Below, piece by piece: positions 27,884-37,047 of a stretch of DNA of 64,000 bases. Below the pieces are notes generated by a model that did not search any database, was not told the origin of the DNA, and worked only from the letters and a program-made list of their open reading frames with translations. Every line of letters starts with the position of its first letter. Position 1 is the first letter of the stretch. The translations under genes were made by a program, and so were the position numbers. The DNA is from Myxococcota bacterium (GTDB taxonomy: Bacteria; Myxococcota_A; Polyangia; Nannocystales; Nannocystaceae): NCBI GenBank assembly GCA_039028615.1, contig JBCCHT010000021.1, positions 147,821-211,820 of the forward strand. The letters run 5' to 3'.

Positions 27884-29635
27884 ATGCACCCCAAGACTCT
27901 CGTTCCTCTCTTGGCCCTGGGCTTGCCGCTGGCTTGCCACGGCCCCACCTCGTCATCGAAGCAAGCAGCCCCGGAGGCAGCACCCGTGCTCGCGGCCGCA
28001 GCGGCCGGCACTCGTGCCACCGATCTCGGACCGGGTGAGGGTGACTACCATCCGCTCGCGCAGGCCCGGGCGCGTGGCGATCGCATCGACAACCGCGAGG
28101 CGCCGATTCCCATCCAGTGCTACACGAAGACGCAGGGACGCTCGAATCCCTGCTGGACCTGTCATACCGACAGCACCTATCCCAACCTGCGCAACGACGC
28201 CGATCTGCAGCGCGAGTACTCGTTCTCCACCTACGGTGAGCAGAACCGGTGGTCGAATGCGTGGACCGATCACAGTGAGGCGATCGCGGCCATCTCCGAT
28301 GCCGATGCGCTCGAGTGGGTGCGCCACGACAACTATGGCGCGGCGCGCCGAGTGCTGGCCGGACAGATGCCACGGTGGGCCTACGGCTGGGATCTCGATT
28401 TTCACGGCGGCTTCGACGACGAGGGCTTCGCCCGAGACGGCAGCGGCTGGCGAGCGTTTCGCTACAAGCCCTTTCCCGGCGCGTTCTGGCCCACCAACGG
28501 CAGCACGGACGACGTGCTGATCCGATTGCCCGCGAGGTTCCGTCAGCGCGACGGCGTCGAGTCCCCGATCGTGTACAAGGCCAACCTCGCGCTGCTCGAG
28601 GCCAGCGTTGCCGCCGATCCGAACGTCGAAGACGCGCAGATCCTGTGGCCCACCGAGGCGCTGGACGAGCGCCTGGTGGGGTTGGATCTCGACGCCGATG
28701 GCGACCTCGGGGCCGAGGCTCGGGCGCTGCGAGGGCTACCCAGCACGTTCGTGGGAGACGCCCGCGACGTGGACCTGGAGCGGGGCGTATTCCCCGAGGG
28801 CACGGAGTTCCTGCACTCGGTGCGCTATCTCGATCCCGACGCGCCCGGGTTGATCTCGGTGCGCATGAAGGAACTCCGCTATCTGCGACGGGAGCAGCAG
28901 GTCCCGCGTCGTCGCTACTTCTCCAAGTACGAGCAGGAGGCCAACGACAAGGACAAAGGCATCTTGCCGCGCTACCAGGGCGACTCGGAGACGGGCCTGC
29001 TGAGCACCTTCGGCTGGCGCGTGCAGGGCTACATCGAGGACGCGCAGGGGCGGCTACGGCTGCAGACCCGTGAGGAGCACTATGCGTGCATGGGCTGCCA
29101 CTTCGGCATCGGGGTGACGGCAGACGGGACCTTCTCGTTTGCGCGCAAGGTCCCGGGCGCGGCGGGGTGGGGCTACCAGGCCATCGACGACCTGCCCGAC
29201 GTGCCGCAGCTGGGGCACGCGGAGCCCGAAGTGCTGACCTACCTGCGCCGCGTGGGCGGTGGCGACGAGCTGCGCAGCAACGACGAGATGCTCGCTCGGT
29301 TCTTCCCCCAGGGGAAGCTCGACGAGACGCGAGTGCGGCGGGCGGCCCCCGGCGGCCCGGATCGCCTGCCCGATCTCGTCGCGCCCAGCCGGGAGCGCGC
29401 CCTGTTGCTCGACAAGGCCTATATGGCCCTCGTGTCGGAGCAGTCCTTCGAGCGAGGGCGCGACACGATCATCAGCCCACCGGACAACGTCCATCGTCGG
29501 ATCGAGGAGACGTCCACGGGCCTGGCCGAGAACGGTCGTGATGTGCATGACGGGACGATTCGGCTCGACTGGACCAAGACCGAACTTTGGTGCGCTGCGG
29601 CGGCCTCGCTCGGTCTGGAGCCTTGCCCACGATGA
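27884..29635 (+). CDS. Lipoprotein with two CxxCH haem-binding motifs (putative di-haem c-type cytochrome, function unknown)
   Basis: Lipobox LPLAC; CWTCH and CMGCH motifs. Confidence 0.7.
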   Translation: MHPKTLVPLLALGLPLACHGPTSSSKQAAPEAAPVLAAAAAGTRATDLGPGEGDYHPLAQARARGDRIDNREAPIPIQCYTKTQGRSNPCWTCHTDSTYPNLRNDADLQREYSFSTYGEQNRWSNAWTDHSEAIAAISDADALEWVRHDNYGAARRVLAGQMPRWAYGWDLDFHGGFDDEGFARDGSGWRAFRYKPFPGAFWPTNGSTDDVLIRLPARFRQRDGVESPIVYKANLALLEASVAADPNVEDAQILWPTEALDERLVGLDLDADGDLGAEARALRGLPSTFVGDARDVDLERGVFPEGTEFLHSVRYLDPDAPGLISVRMKELRYLRREQQVPRRRYFSKYEQEANDKDKGILPRYQGDSETGLLSTFGWRVQGYIEDAQGRLRLQTREEHYACMGCHFGIGVTADGTFSFARKVPGAAGWGYQAIDDLPDVPQLGHAEPEVLTYLRRVGGGDELRSNDEMLARFFPQGKLDETRVRRAAPGGPDRLPDLVAPSRERALLLDKAYMALVSEQSFERGRDTIISPPDNVHRRIEETSTGLAENGRDVHDGTIRLDWTKTELWCAAAASLGLEPCPR

Positions 29636-29735
29636 GCCTTCCGGGCCGAGGTCTCGACGCAGTCGTGACCTCGGCGTCTCCAGAGTTTGCGTGGGTGTGA
29701 TCGGGCTGGCACCCGGGCCTGCGAGCCTGCCGAGC

Positions 29736-30287
29736 GTGAACATCCAAGTCCGCAACGTCGAGAGTGCCGACTTCGACGTCATCATGCAGCTGGAAGAGTC
29801 GATCTTCGGGGCCGATGGGGGGACCCTGCTCGGCCCCTACTACGTGCGACTGTGCTGCGACTTCTTCAATGACCACTGCTTCCTCGCGCTGGTCTACGAG
29901 GAGCCCGTCGGATACCTGCTGAGCTTCGTTCGGGACCGAGACGCGTACTGCACCACCTTGGCGGTGGTGCCCGAGCACCAGGGCCGTCGCGTGGTCCATC
30001 GCCTGATTCGCGCCTACGTGCCCCGGATCATCGAGAAGGTCGACCGCTGCTGGTTCACCGTGGACGAGGGCAACAAGGCCGCTCGCGATCTACACGCGGC
30101 CTTGGGTGCCCACGAAGTCGGCGTTCGGCCGGACTTCTACGGCCCCGGTGACGAGCGAATCGTGTCGTGCATCGACGCCGAGGCGGTCGCGCGCCTGCGG
30201 GGTCGCTACGAGCGACTGGGGTTGCTCTCGTCGACGCCGAGCCCGACGCGGGAGGTCATCCCGCTGGCGCAAGGGTTGATGCAATGA
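29736..30287 (+). CDS. GNAT-family N-acyl/acetyltransferase
   Basis: LAVVPEHQGRRV motif A; TVDEGNKAARDLHAALG; DFYGPG. Start set at GTG 29736. Confidence 0.8.
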   Translation: MNIQVRNVESADFDVIMQLEESIFGADGGTLLGPYYVRLCCDFFNDHCFLALVYEEPVGYLLSFVRDRDAYCTTLAVVPEHQGRRVVHRLIRAYVPRIIEKVDRCWFTVDEGNKAARDLHAALGAHEVGVRPDFYGPGDERIVSCIDAEAVARLRGRYERLGLLSSTPSPTREVIPLAQGLMQ

Positions 30288-31105
30288 GCCTCGCGGTCGT
30301 TCCAGGCGGCGCGCGGCCTCGACGGGGACCACGCTCGGTGATGTTCGAGGCCCCTCGGGCCGCGACTCGCTCGGGCCTCCGGGTGGCTCGCACCTCGTTG
30401 TTCCTGCTCGAGACGCTCGGCTGGGTTCGGGAGCGCCATCGTTTTCCCACCACCGAGATCACCTCCGACTTGCCTCGTCGCGCTCGGGACATGCAGTGGA
30501 TCGCAGAGAACATCTGCGCGATGCATGGGGTCTCGGTCGACGTGAGCGGGCCGGTTCCGCAGGAGCCCTGCTTGCTCGCGGCCAATCACCTGGGCTACCT
30601 CGATCCGCTGGCCATCGCGACCACGCTGCCCTGTGTGGCGATCGCCAAGCAAGAGGTCTCCCAGTGGCCGATCTTCGGCGAAGCCATGCTGCGCCTGGGC
30701 AACCTCTTCGTCACTCGTGGCTGTGCCCACAGCGGGGCCCGGGTGCTGCTGCGCTCGCGGCACTCGCTGGCGCGTGGCGTCAGCGTCTTGACCTTCCCCG
30801 AGGGCACGACGTCGGTGGGCGACGAAGTCCTGCCGCTGCAACGGGGCATCTTCGCGCTGGCCAAGATCGCGAACGTACCCGTCGTCCCCGTGGCGGTCCG
30901 GCACTGCCCCCGAGAATCCGCCTGGGTCGGTGATCAGAATTTCGTGCCTCACTACCTTCGGACCGCAGCGCGGACCACCACACGCGTGGAGCTGCGTTTC
31001 GACGTTCCGCTCGACCCCTCGGCAGCGAAGACGGCCGAGGGCCTCGCGAACTTGGCTCGGGTCCGCCTGCGGGCACGCCTTCGCGACCTCCGAGTTGTGT
31101 CATGA
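30284..31105 (+). CDS. PlsC/OlsA-like lysophospholipid acyltransferase
   Basis: ANHLGYLD (HX4D), IAKQEV..WP, FPEGT, VPVVPV; ATGA overlap with the GNAT stop. Confidence 0.88.
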   Translation: MSLAVVPGGARPRRGPRSVMFEAPRAATRSGLRVARTSLFLLETLGWVRERHRFPTTEITSDLPRRARDMQWIAENICAMHGVSVDVSGPVPQEPCLLAANHLGYLDPLAIATTLPCVAIAKQEVSQWPIFGEAMLRLGNLFVTRGCAHSGARVLLRSRHSLARGVSVLTFPEGTTSVGDEVLPLQRGIFALAKIANVPVVPVAVRHCPRESAWVGDQNFVPHYLRTAARTTTRVELRFDVPLDPSAAKTAEGLANLARVRLRARLRDLRVVS

Positions 31106-32040
31106 ACACCCAACAGAGTTTTCCTCAGTACATCGAACAGGGGCAGACCCCGTTCTTTCGCCTGCCCACGTCGGCACCCGACGCGGCGGAGGAGCGACCC
31201 GACTGCGTGCTGCTCGGGGTGACCTACGACGGCGGGACCACGTACATGCCGGGGGCACGCCTGGCGCCCTACCACGTGCGTCGAGTCAGCGCGTTGGTGC
31301 AGTCCTATCACCCGGCGCACGGGGTCGACGTGTTCTCCGAGCTGCGGGCCGTCGACGGCGGCAACATCATGGTGCCGCCCTTCAATGCGGGCGCGATGCG
31401 GGAGATGGTCCAACAGCGGGTCGCGGCTGTGCTCGGGTCCGGGGCGGTACCCGTGCTCGTGGGGGGTGACCACTCCATCACTCTGCCGGCTCTGCGTGCG
31501 GTCGCGGCCGAGCACGGCCCGCTGGCGATCGTGCACGTCGATGCTCACTTCGACACCAGCGACGGCGAGCTGTGGGGCGAGGCCTATCACCACGGCACGC
31601 CCATTCGTCACGCGCTGCTCGAAGGACTCGTCGCCGATCGTCAGCTGTACCAGATCGGCCTCCGAGGCCCCTGGCGTGATGCTTACGAGGCAGACCTGGT
31701 ACAGGAGCGAGGTGGGCACCGGTACTCGGCCGATCGCGTCGAGAGGGTCGGCGTCGCGTCGATCATGTCCGAGATTCGAGCCGGAATCGGCGATCGTCCG
31801 ACCTACCTGAGCTTCGACATCGATGCGGTCGACCCCGCGTTTGCCCCCGGCACGGGTACGCCGGTCCCGGGCGGGCTGACCTCCCGCGAGGCCTTGCGAT
31901 TGGTGCGAGCCACCGCGGGGCTGAACCTGGTGGGCATGGACTTGGTCGAGGTCGCGCCCGCCATGGACCACGCGGACCTCACCTCGATGCTCGCGGCCCA
32001 CCTGGTCTACGAAGGCTTGGCTGCGCTCGCGTGTCGTTGA
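31102..32040 (+). CDS. speB: Agmatinase (ureohydrolase family)
   Basis: GGDHS, HVDAHFD, HGTP, SFDIDAVDPAFAPGTGTP, DLVEVAP; ATGA overlap with the previous gene. Confidence 0.88.
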   Translation: MNTQQSFPQYIEQGQTPFFRLPTSAPDAAEERPDCVLLGVTYDGGTTYMPGARLAPYHVRRVSALVQSYHPAHGVDVFSELRAVDGGNIMVPPFNAGAMREMVQQRVAAVLGSGAVPVLVGGDHSITLPALRAVAAEHGPLAIVHVDAHFDTSDGELWGEAYHHGTPIRHALLEGLVADRQLYQIGLRGPWRDAYEADLVQERGGHRYSADRVERVGVASIMSEIRAGIGDRPTYLSFDIDAVDPAFAPGTGTPVPGGLTSREALRLVRATAGLNLVGMDLVEVAPAMDHADLTSMLAAHLVYEGLAALACR

Positions 32041-33074
32041 GGCTGTTGCTCGAGGCTGGAGCTGCGCCGTTGCCCGAGCTGACCGTGCTCGAGGCTCTGC
32101 TGACGCGGCTCGGTGACGATGCTCGGGTTCGGGTCTTGGCCGAAGTCGAGGATGGATCGTCGCGCTATCCAGTCCACGGCATCGTGCTCGGCCCCGATCG
32201 CCCGGGCCTGCCCACGCTCGGGATCGTGGGCGGGGTGCATGGACTCGAGCGCGTCGGGACCCAGGTGGTGCTGTCGTATCTCACCACGCTGGTGCAGCTG
32301 CTCCAGTGGGACACGCTCTTGCGGACGAGCCTGGAGCGCACACGCATCGTGCTGGTGCCGCTGGTCAACCCGGGCGGCATGGCTCGGCGGCGACGCTCCA
32401 ATCCCGATGGTGTCGATCTCATGCGCAACGCGCCCCCACGGATCGGCGGCCGAGGAAGCTTCGGAGTCGGCGGGCAGCGGTGGTCGTCGTTGTTGCCTTG
32501 GTACATGGGGGCGAGCGGGGAGCCGATGGTCACGGAGGCGCAGGCGCTGTGCGATTTCATGCGAGCGGAGGTCTTCGATGGCTCCCCGTCGATCGTGCTC
32601 GACGTGCACTCGGGCTTCGGGATGGCCGATCGGCTGTGGTTTCCCTACGCCTACACGCGTCGCCCCTTCCCGCGGTTGGCCGAGGTCTACGGGCTCGGGT
32701 GCTTGCTCGACCGCACGCTGCCCAACCACGTCTACCGGCTCGAGCCGCAGGCCAAGGCGTATACGATCGAAGGGGATCTGTGGGACTTCATGCTCGACGA
32801 GCACGAGCGGTCGCACCCGGATCGAGTGTTGATCCCGTTGACGCTGGAGATGGGCTCATGGCGATGGGTTCGCAAGAACCCGCGGCAGCTGGTCGATGCG
32901 CTCGGCATCTTCAACCCCATGCAGCCCCACCGTCTGCAGAGAATCCTGCGTCGCCATCTGCTCTTGCTCGACTTTCTGCATCGAGCGAGTGCGGCCGCGG
33001 ACGCGTGGTGCCCTCGCGACGATCGAGAGCGAGCTCGTCGCTACGACGCCGCCTTTGCTCGGTGGTACGGATGA
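32031..33074 (+). CDS. M14-family zinc carboxypeptidase
   Basis: GGVHGLE (HxxE), RSNPDGVDLMRN, LDVHSG, LTLEMG. Confidence 0.85.
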   Translation: MSLRLLLEAGAAPLPELTVLEALLTRLGDDARVRVLAEVEDGSSRYPVHGIVLGPDRPGLPTLGIVGGVHGLERVGTQVVLSYLTTLVQLLQWDTLLRTSLERTRIVLVPLVNPGGMARRRRSNPDGVDLMRNAPPRIGGRGSFGVGGQRWSSLLPWYMGASGEPMVTEAQALCDFMRAEVFDGSPSIVLDVHSGFGMADRLWFPYAYTRRPFPRLAEVYGLGCLLDRTLPNHVYRLEPQAKAYTIEGDLWDFMLDEHERSHPDRVLIPLTLEMGSWRWVRKNPRQLVDALGIFNPMQPHRLQRILRRHLLLLDFLHRASAAADAWCPRDDRERARRYDAAFARWYG

Positions 33075-33201
33075 TCGGGGCTCGCGCGCGCTGCACGGGC
33101 ACGCCCGACCCGAACCCTTCCGAAAGGGCTCAGAGCGTTGTTCCGCTCCCCGCGGTAGCAAGTCGGCTCGCCAACTGGACCCGAGCGATTTTGCCGGCAT
33201 C

Positions 33202-35289
33202 ATGGAGGGGATGGCGCAAGGCACGGGCTCAGGAGACGGCGATTCACCGTCACCGCCCGGTCTTCGCACGGCGCCCGCTGCCAGTCGAAGTGTCGTGCGG
33301 GGGTTCGACGACGACGACTTTCTCAGCGCAGTCGAGGAGGCCTCGCGGGTCGGGCCACTGCCGACCGCGCCCGATGAAGATGCCGCGAAGGCCGAACCCG
33401 AACCCAAGACCAAGCCGGCCGAGGCTCGGACGAGGTCGGGGAAAAAGGCGAGCGGGGGGAAGCTGCCCGCCATTCCGAAGATGCCGCCCGCCATCGGACT
33501 GCCGTCGGCGAAGCCGGGCGCGGTAGCCGAAGGGGCGCGGGCGCGACGACGGACACCCGCTCCACCTCCGATCGGCGGGGCGAACGAAGAGCCGCGAGCA
33601 CGCGTGAGCACGCCGGCTCCGCCTCCGATCGCGGGAGGGGACGAGCCGCGGGCACGCAAGCGAACGCCGGCTCCGCCTCCGATCGGTGGAGGGAAGGACG
33701 GTGCACGAGCTCGATCGAGCACACCGCCTCCGCCTGCGAGCGCGCCGCGGGCACGAGCGGCAACGCCAGCGCCTCCCGCGATGCCCCCAGCGGAAAAGAA
33801 GCCGCGGGCACGAGCCGCGACGCCAGCTCCACCGTCGACGAGCGCCGCGGAGAAGAAACCGCGAGCACGCGCCGCGACGCCAGCTCCACCGTCGACGAGC
33901 GCCGCGGAGAAAAAACCGCGAGCACGCGCCGCGACGCCAGCTCCACCGTCGACGAGCGCCGCGGAGAAGAAACCGCGAGCACGCGCCGCGACGCCGACCC
34001 CCGCGGCCAGTGCCGAGAAAAAACGCCCACGGACGAGCACGCCCGCGCCTTCGTCCTCGGACCGTGCGAAGCGTGCACGAGCGAACACTCCGGCCCCCGG
34101 TCGCACGGTGGTGCCCACGGCCGTCGTTCAGCCCAAGCCCGCGTCGAAGACGGTCGTTCCCTCGTCTTCGCCGCCGAAGCCGGCATCGACCGCCACTACG
34201 GAGACCGTCGTGGCGGCGACCGTGCCTCGCCCTCCGCCGGGAGCCGAGCCGATCGCGTCCGCATCGACGACGGTCCCTGCACCCGGCAGACCGACCACGC
34301 CCGTCGCTCCGGTCGCTGCCCCATCGTCGACGACGGCCCCTGCACCCGGCAGACCGACCACGCCCGTCGCTCCGGTCGCTGCCCCATCGTCGACGACGGT
34401 CCCGGCACCCAGTCAGCCCACGGCTCCGGCCGCGTCAGCGCCGGCTCCGTCGACGACCACGGTGGCGGTCCCCACCGTTCCGCTCGCGTCCCCGGATGCG
34501 CTCGCACCAGCTCCGTCGACCACCGTGCCCGCCGCCATCGTGCCGGCCACCCCCGCTGCCGCCCCGATCTCATCGTCCGCCGATCCTGCCCCGCTCGCCG
34601 CGGTCGATCCGGCGACGGGCGACCTCGACGACTACGAAGGGTCCATGGCGAAACGACGCCGTGCCGTGGTGTGGATCGGCGCGGCCGCAGCGTTACTGCT
34701 CACGGTGGGCTTCACCGTGTGGATGTTCTCGGGCGACGACCCGGAGACGTCGCCCGCGGACGACGTGGGTACGCTGGCGCTGAAGTCCGAGCCCGAGGCT
34801 CCCGAACCCGCCGTCGTGGAAGAGGAGCCCGAGCTTCCGGTCGAGCCCGCGCCCGAGCCGGAACCGGAGCCGATTCCCGAGATCGTGGCGGAGCCCGAAG
34901 AGCCCGAGGTGATCGAAGAGCCCGCACCCCGTCGCCGACGATCTCGGAGTGCCGAGCCGGAGCCGGAACCTGAGCCCGAATACGAGCCAGAGCCCGAGCC
35001 GGAACCCGAACCCGAACCCGCGCCGCCTCCCAAGGAGCCCTCGGCGTCCGAGCTGGTCAAGGAGGCGGGAGCGGCCCTGGCCCGTGGCAACGCCAAGGAA
35101 GCCTATCGCCTCGCTTCGCGGAGCCACCGCAAACGACCCAGCGAGGAAGCGGCGGCGCTCATGGGGCGGGCGGCCTGCCGCTCGGGCAACAAGGAAGCGG
35201 CCAAGTCGGCGCTCAAGCTGCTGCCCTTCGGCCAGCGCGGCTCCATTCGAAGCGACTGTCGGCGCAACGGCGCGCGCATCGGCCTCTGA
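33202..35289 (+). CDS. Pro/Ala-rich membrane protein with internal repeats and C-terminal TPR-like helix
   Basis: Low-complexity repeats, one TM segment (VVWIGAAAALLLTVGFTVWMF), a PE-rich linker, and a C-terminal helical domain with two Cys. Start uncertain. Confidence 0.6.
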   Translation: MEGMAQGTGSGDGDSPSPPGLRTAPAASRSVVRGFDDDDFLSAVEEASRVGPLPTAPDEDAAKAEPEPKTKPAEARTRSGKKASGGKLPAIPKMPPAIGLPSAKPGAVAEGARARRRTPAPPPIGGANEEPRARVSTPAPPPIAGGDEPRARKRTPAPPPIGGGKDGARARSSTPPPPASAPRARAATPAPPAMPPAEKKPRARAATPAPPSTSAAEKKPRARAATPAPPSTSAAEKKPRARAATPAPPSTSAAEKKPRARAATPTPAASAEKKRPRTSTPAPSSSDRAKRARANTPAPGRTVVPTAVVQPKPASKTVVPSSSPPKPASTATTETVVAATVPRPPPGAEPIASASTTVPAPGRPTTPVAPVAAPSSTTAPAPGRPTTPVAPVAAPSSTTVPAPSQPTAPAASAPAPSTTTVAVPTVPLASPDALAPAPSTTVPAAIVPATPAAAPISSSADPAPLAAVDPATGDLDDYEGSMAKRRRAVVWIGAAAALLLTVGFTVWMFSGDDPETSPADDVGTLALKSEPEAPEPAVVEEEPELPVEPAPEPEPEPIPEIVAEPEEPEVIEEPAPRRRRSRSAEPEPEPEPEYEPEPEPEPEPEPAPPPKEPSASELVKEAGAALARGNAKEAYRLASRSHRKRPSEEAAALMGRAACRSGNKEAAKSALKLLPFGQRGSIRSDCRRNGARIGL
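33790..33996 (+). repeat. 57-bp coding tandem repeat (~3.6 copies, AEKKPRARAATPAPPSTSA)
   Basis: Units start at 33790, 33847, 33904 and 33961. Confidence 0.85.
34264..34410 (+). repeat. 63-bp coding tandem repeat (~2.3 copies, STTxPAPGRPTTPVAPVAAPS)
   Basis: TCGACGACGG units start at 34264, 34327 and 34390. Confidence 0.8.
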
Positions 35290-35295
35290 CCGTGG

Positions 35296-35901
35296 TCAGG
35301 GCACGAGCAGCCGCGCGACGAACTCGGCGTGGCGTTCGATGGTCTCGTCGGCCTGCGGATCGACCCCGGTGAGCTGCTCGCACTCGGCTCCGACCACGAA
35401 CATCAACGAGGCCGCGCCCGCGAGCGTGTAGTAGTAGTGCGTGGCCATCGTGCGGTCGCCACCGAAGCCCATGGTGTCGCCCAGCTCGAGGAAGCGCTCG
35501 TAGGCCGGCCGCAGGTGGGTCTCGACCAGCCACCGCAGTCGCTCGTCGTCAACCTTGCCTTCGTCGAGCATCAGGCGAAAGAGGGTGGGGTTGTGGGCGG
35601 CGAAGCGCACGAACTCACGGGTGAGCGCGCGTGCCTGCTGTCGCGGGGGCGCGTCGACGATGGCACGACGTCGGTGGTCGAGGGCCTCGGTGAGCGCATC
35701 GAAGACCCCGCTCATCGCCTCGCGCCACAGCGCATCCTTCGTCCCGAAGTGATGCGTGATGAGCCCCTGGTTCACCCCCGCGCGCGACGCAATCTCCCGC
35801 GTGCTCGCCCCGTGGAATCCTCGCTCGGAAAAGGTCTCGGTCGCCGCTTCGACAATCCGCTGCCGGGTGTGGGCCCGTTGCTCCGCGCGAGTGACCATCA
35901 T
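35296..35901 (-). CDS. TetR/AcrR-family transcriptional regulator
   Basis: IVEAATETFSERGFHGASTREIASRAGVNQGLITHHFGTKDALW HTH. Confidence 0.92.
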   Translation of the reverse strand: MMVTRAEQRAHTRQRIVEAATETFSERGFHGASTREIASRAGVNQGLITHHFGTKDALWREAMSGVFDALTEALDHRRRAIVDAPPRQQARALTREFVRFAAHNPTLFRLMLDEGKVDDERLRWLVETHLRPAYERFLELGDTMGFGGDRTMATHYYYTLAGAASLMFVVGAECEQLTGVDPQADETIERHAEFVARLLVP

Positions 35902-35905
35902 CTCT

Positions 35906-35972
35906 TTGTTATTCGATTGACAAGCGAATGGCTACTGATATCTTTGGATTTGTCGCTGTTCGATCGAATAAG
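35906..35972 (+). promoter_or_regulatory. Sigma70-like promoter and candidate TetR operators
   Basis: TTGACA (35917-35922), 16 nt, TATCTT (35939-35944); two related imperfect palindromes TATTCGATTGACAA and TGTTCGATCGAATA flank or overlap it. Confidence 0.5.
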
Positions 35973-35986
35973 GAACGAGAAGCCAC

Positions 35987-36991
35987 ATGCGTATCGATCT
36001 CTCCTCGGGTGGGCGCCGGCCATGGTTCATCGGCGTCGTGCTGTCCCTGGCGCGCTGGTGGATGGGGGTCGACTCGGGGCCCCCCACGGCGATCTCCTAT
36101 CGGCCGGACTTGTTCGGCCGCGACGCGATTCGCTACCTGCAATCGGCTCATGCCTCGCCCGGTTGGAGCCGGGGCGAGCTCGAGATGTTCAGCGCGTTCG
36201 TCTCGAAGCTCAACAGCTGCTCGTTTTGAACGGGTGCTCATGCCGCGGTCGCGGCACTCAACATCGATCAAAATCTCGTCGACGCGGTGGTCGAAGACTG
36301 GACCACCGCGCCGGTCACCCCCCGGATCCGCGCGGCGCTGGGCCTGCTGGAGCTGATGACCGTGCACCCCTTGGATCTCGACGAAGCCCGCCTGGCCGAG
36401 CTTTGTGCGCAAGGGGAGCTCGACTCGGCCGCCGTCTACGGGGTGGCGGCGATCGGCTTCCACTTCAATTTGATGAATCGACTCGCCGACGCGTTCGATT
36501 TCCAGGTGCCCGATGCAAAGCAGAGGGCACGGATGGCCCGGCTGCTGAACATCAACGGCCTCCACGCGGGCCGCTTCCGGGTCGCCAACGAATACGTCAC
36601 GGGGCGAGATGGTCGTCAGCGGCCGCCGCAGCTGGAGCAGCTCCGCGAGGACTTGCTGAGCAAACCCGGCCTCACCGAGCCCGACGTGCGACGCCAGGCC
36701 GACCACTTCGTCCGCGAGCAGTGGGGCGTGGTCGAGCCGGGGACGGCCACCGTGGACGCCGAGGTTGCGCCGTACCTGAAGAAGCTGGCGCTGCACGCCT
36801 ATCGCATCATGGACGAGGACATGGAGGCGTTGCGCGAACACGGGCTGAGCGACGAAGCCATCTACGAGCTCACGGTCACGGGTGCAGTGTCGGTCGCGTG
36901 CATCGGGACCGAGCAGGTGATGGCTGCGCTCGAGCACCGAGCACGACGTGAAGGCCAACCAGCTGCGCCTTCTGCAGTGTCTCGGCACTGA
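35987..36991 (+). CDS. AhpD/carboxymuconolactone-decarboxylase-like peroxidase, predicted selenoprotein (CxxU; UGA at 36227-36229)
   Basis: ORFs 35987-36229 and 36287-36991 are in the same frame, separated only by TGA in ELEMFSAFVSKLNSCSF*TGAH, at the AhpD CxxC..H position; a SECIS-like hairpin follows. Confidence 0.85.
36241..36256 (+). promoter_or_regulatory. Bacterial SECIS-like element
   Basis: TGCCGC-GGTC-GCGGCA stem-loop starting after an 11-nt spacer from the UGA. Confidence 0.75.
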
Positions 36992-37047
36992 ACGATCCGG
37001 CACCGGTCTGCGGATCGGCGTGGTACGATCGGCCGAGGATTGGACTC

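Noticed and set aside
32896..33201. N-terminal extension of the Pro-rich protein overlapping the carboxypeptidase
   Set aside because: A 179-nt overlap with a well-supported gene is unlikely; an ATG near 33202 is more plausible.
33790..34410. Tandem repeats as a possible CRISPR array
   Set aside because: Units are contiguous, in-frame multiples of 3, with no unique spacers and no cas genes.
35987..36229. Stand-alone 80-aa gene or pseudogene call
   Set aside because: CxxUGA context, in-frame continuation and the SECIS-like hairpin favour selenocysteine read-through.
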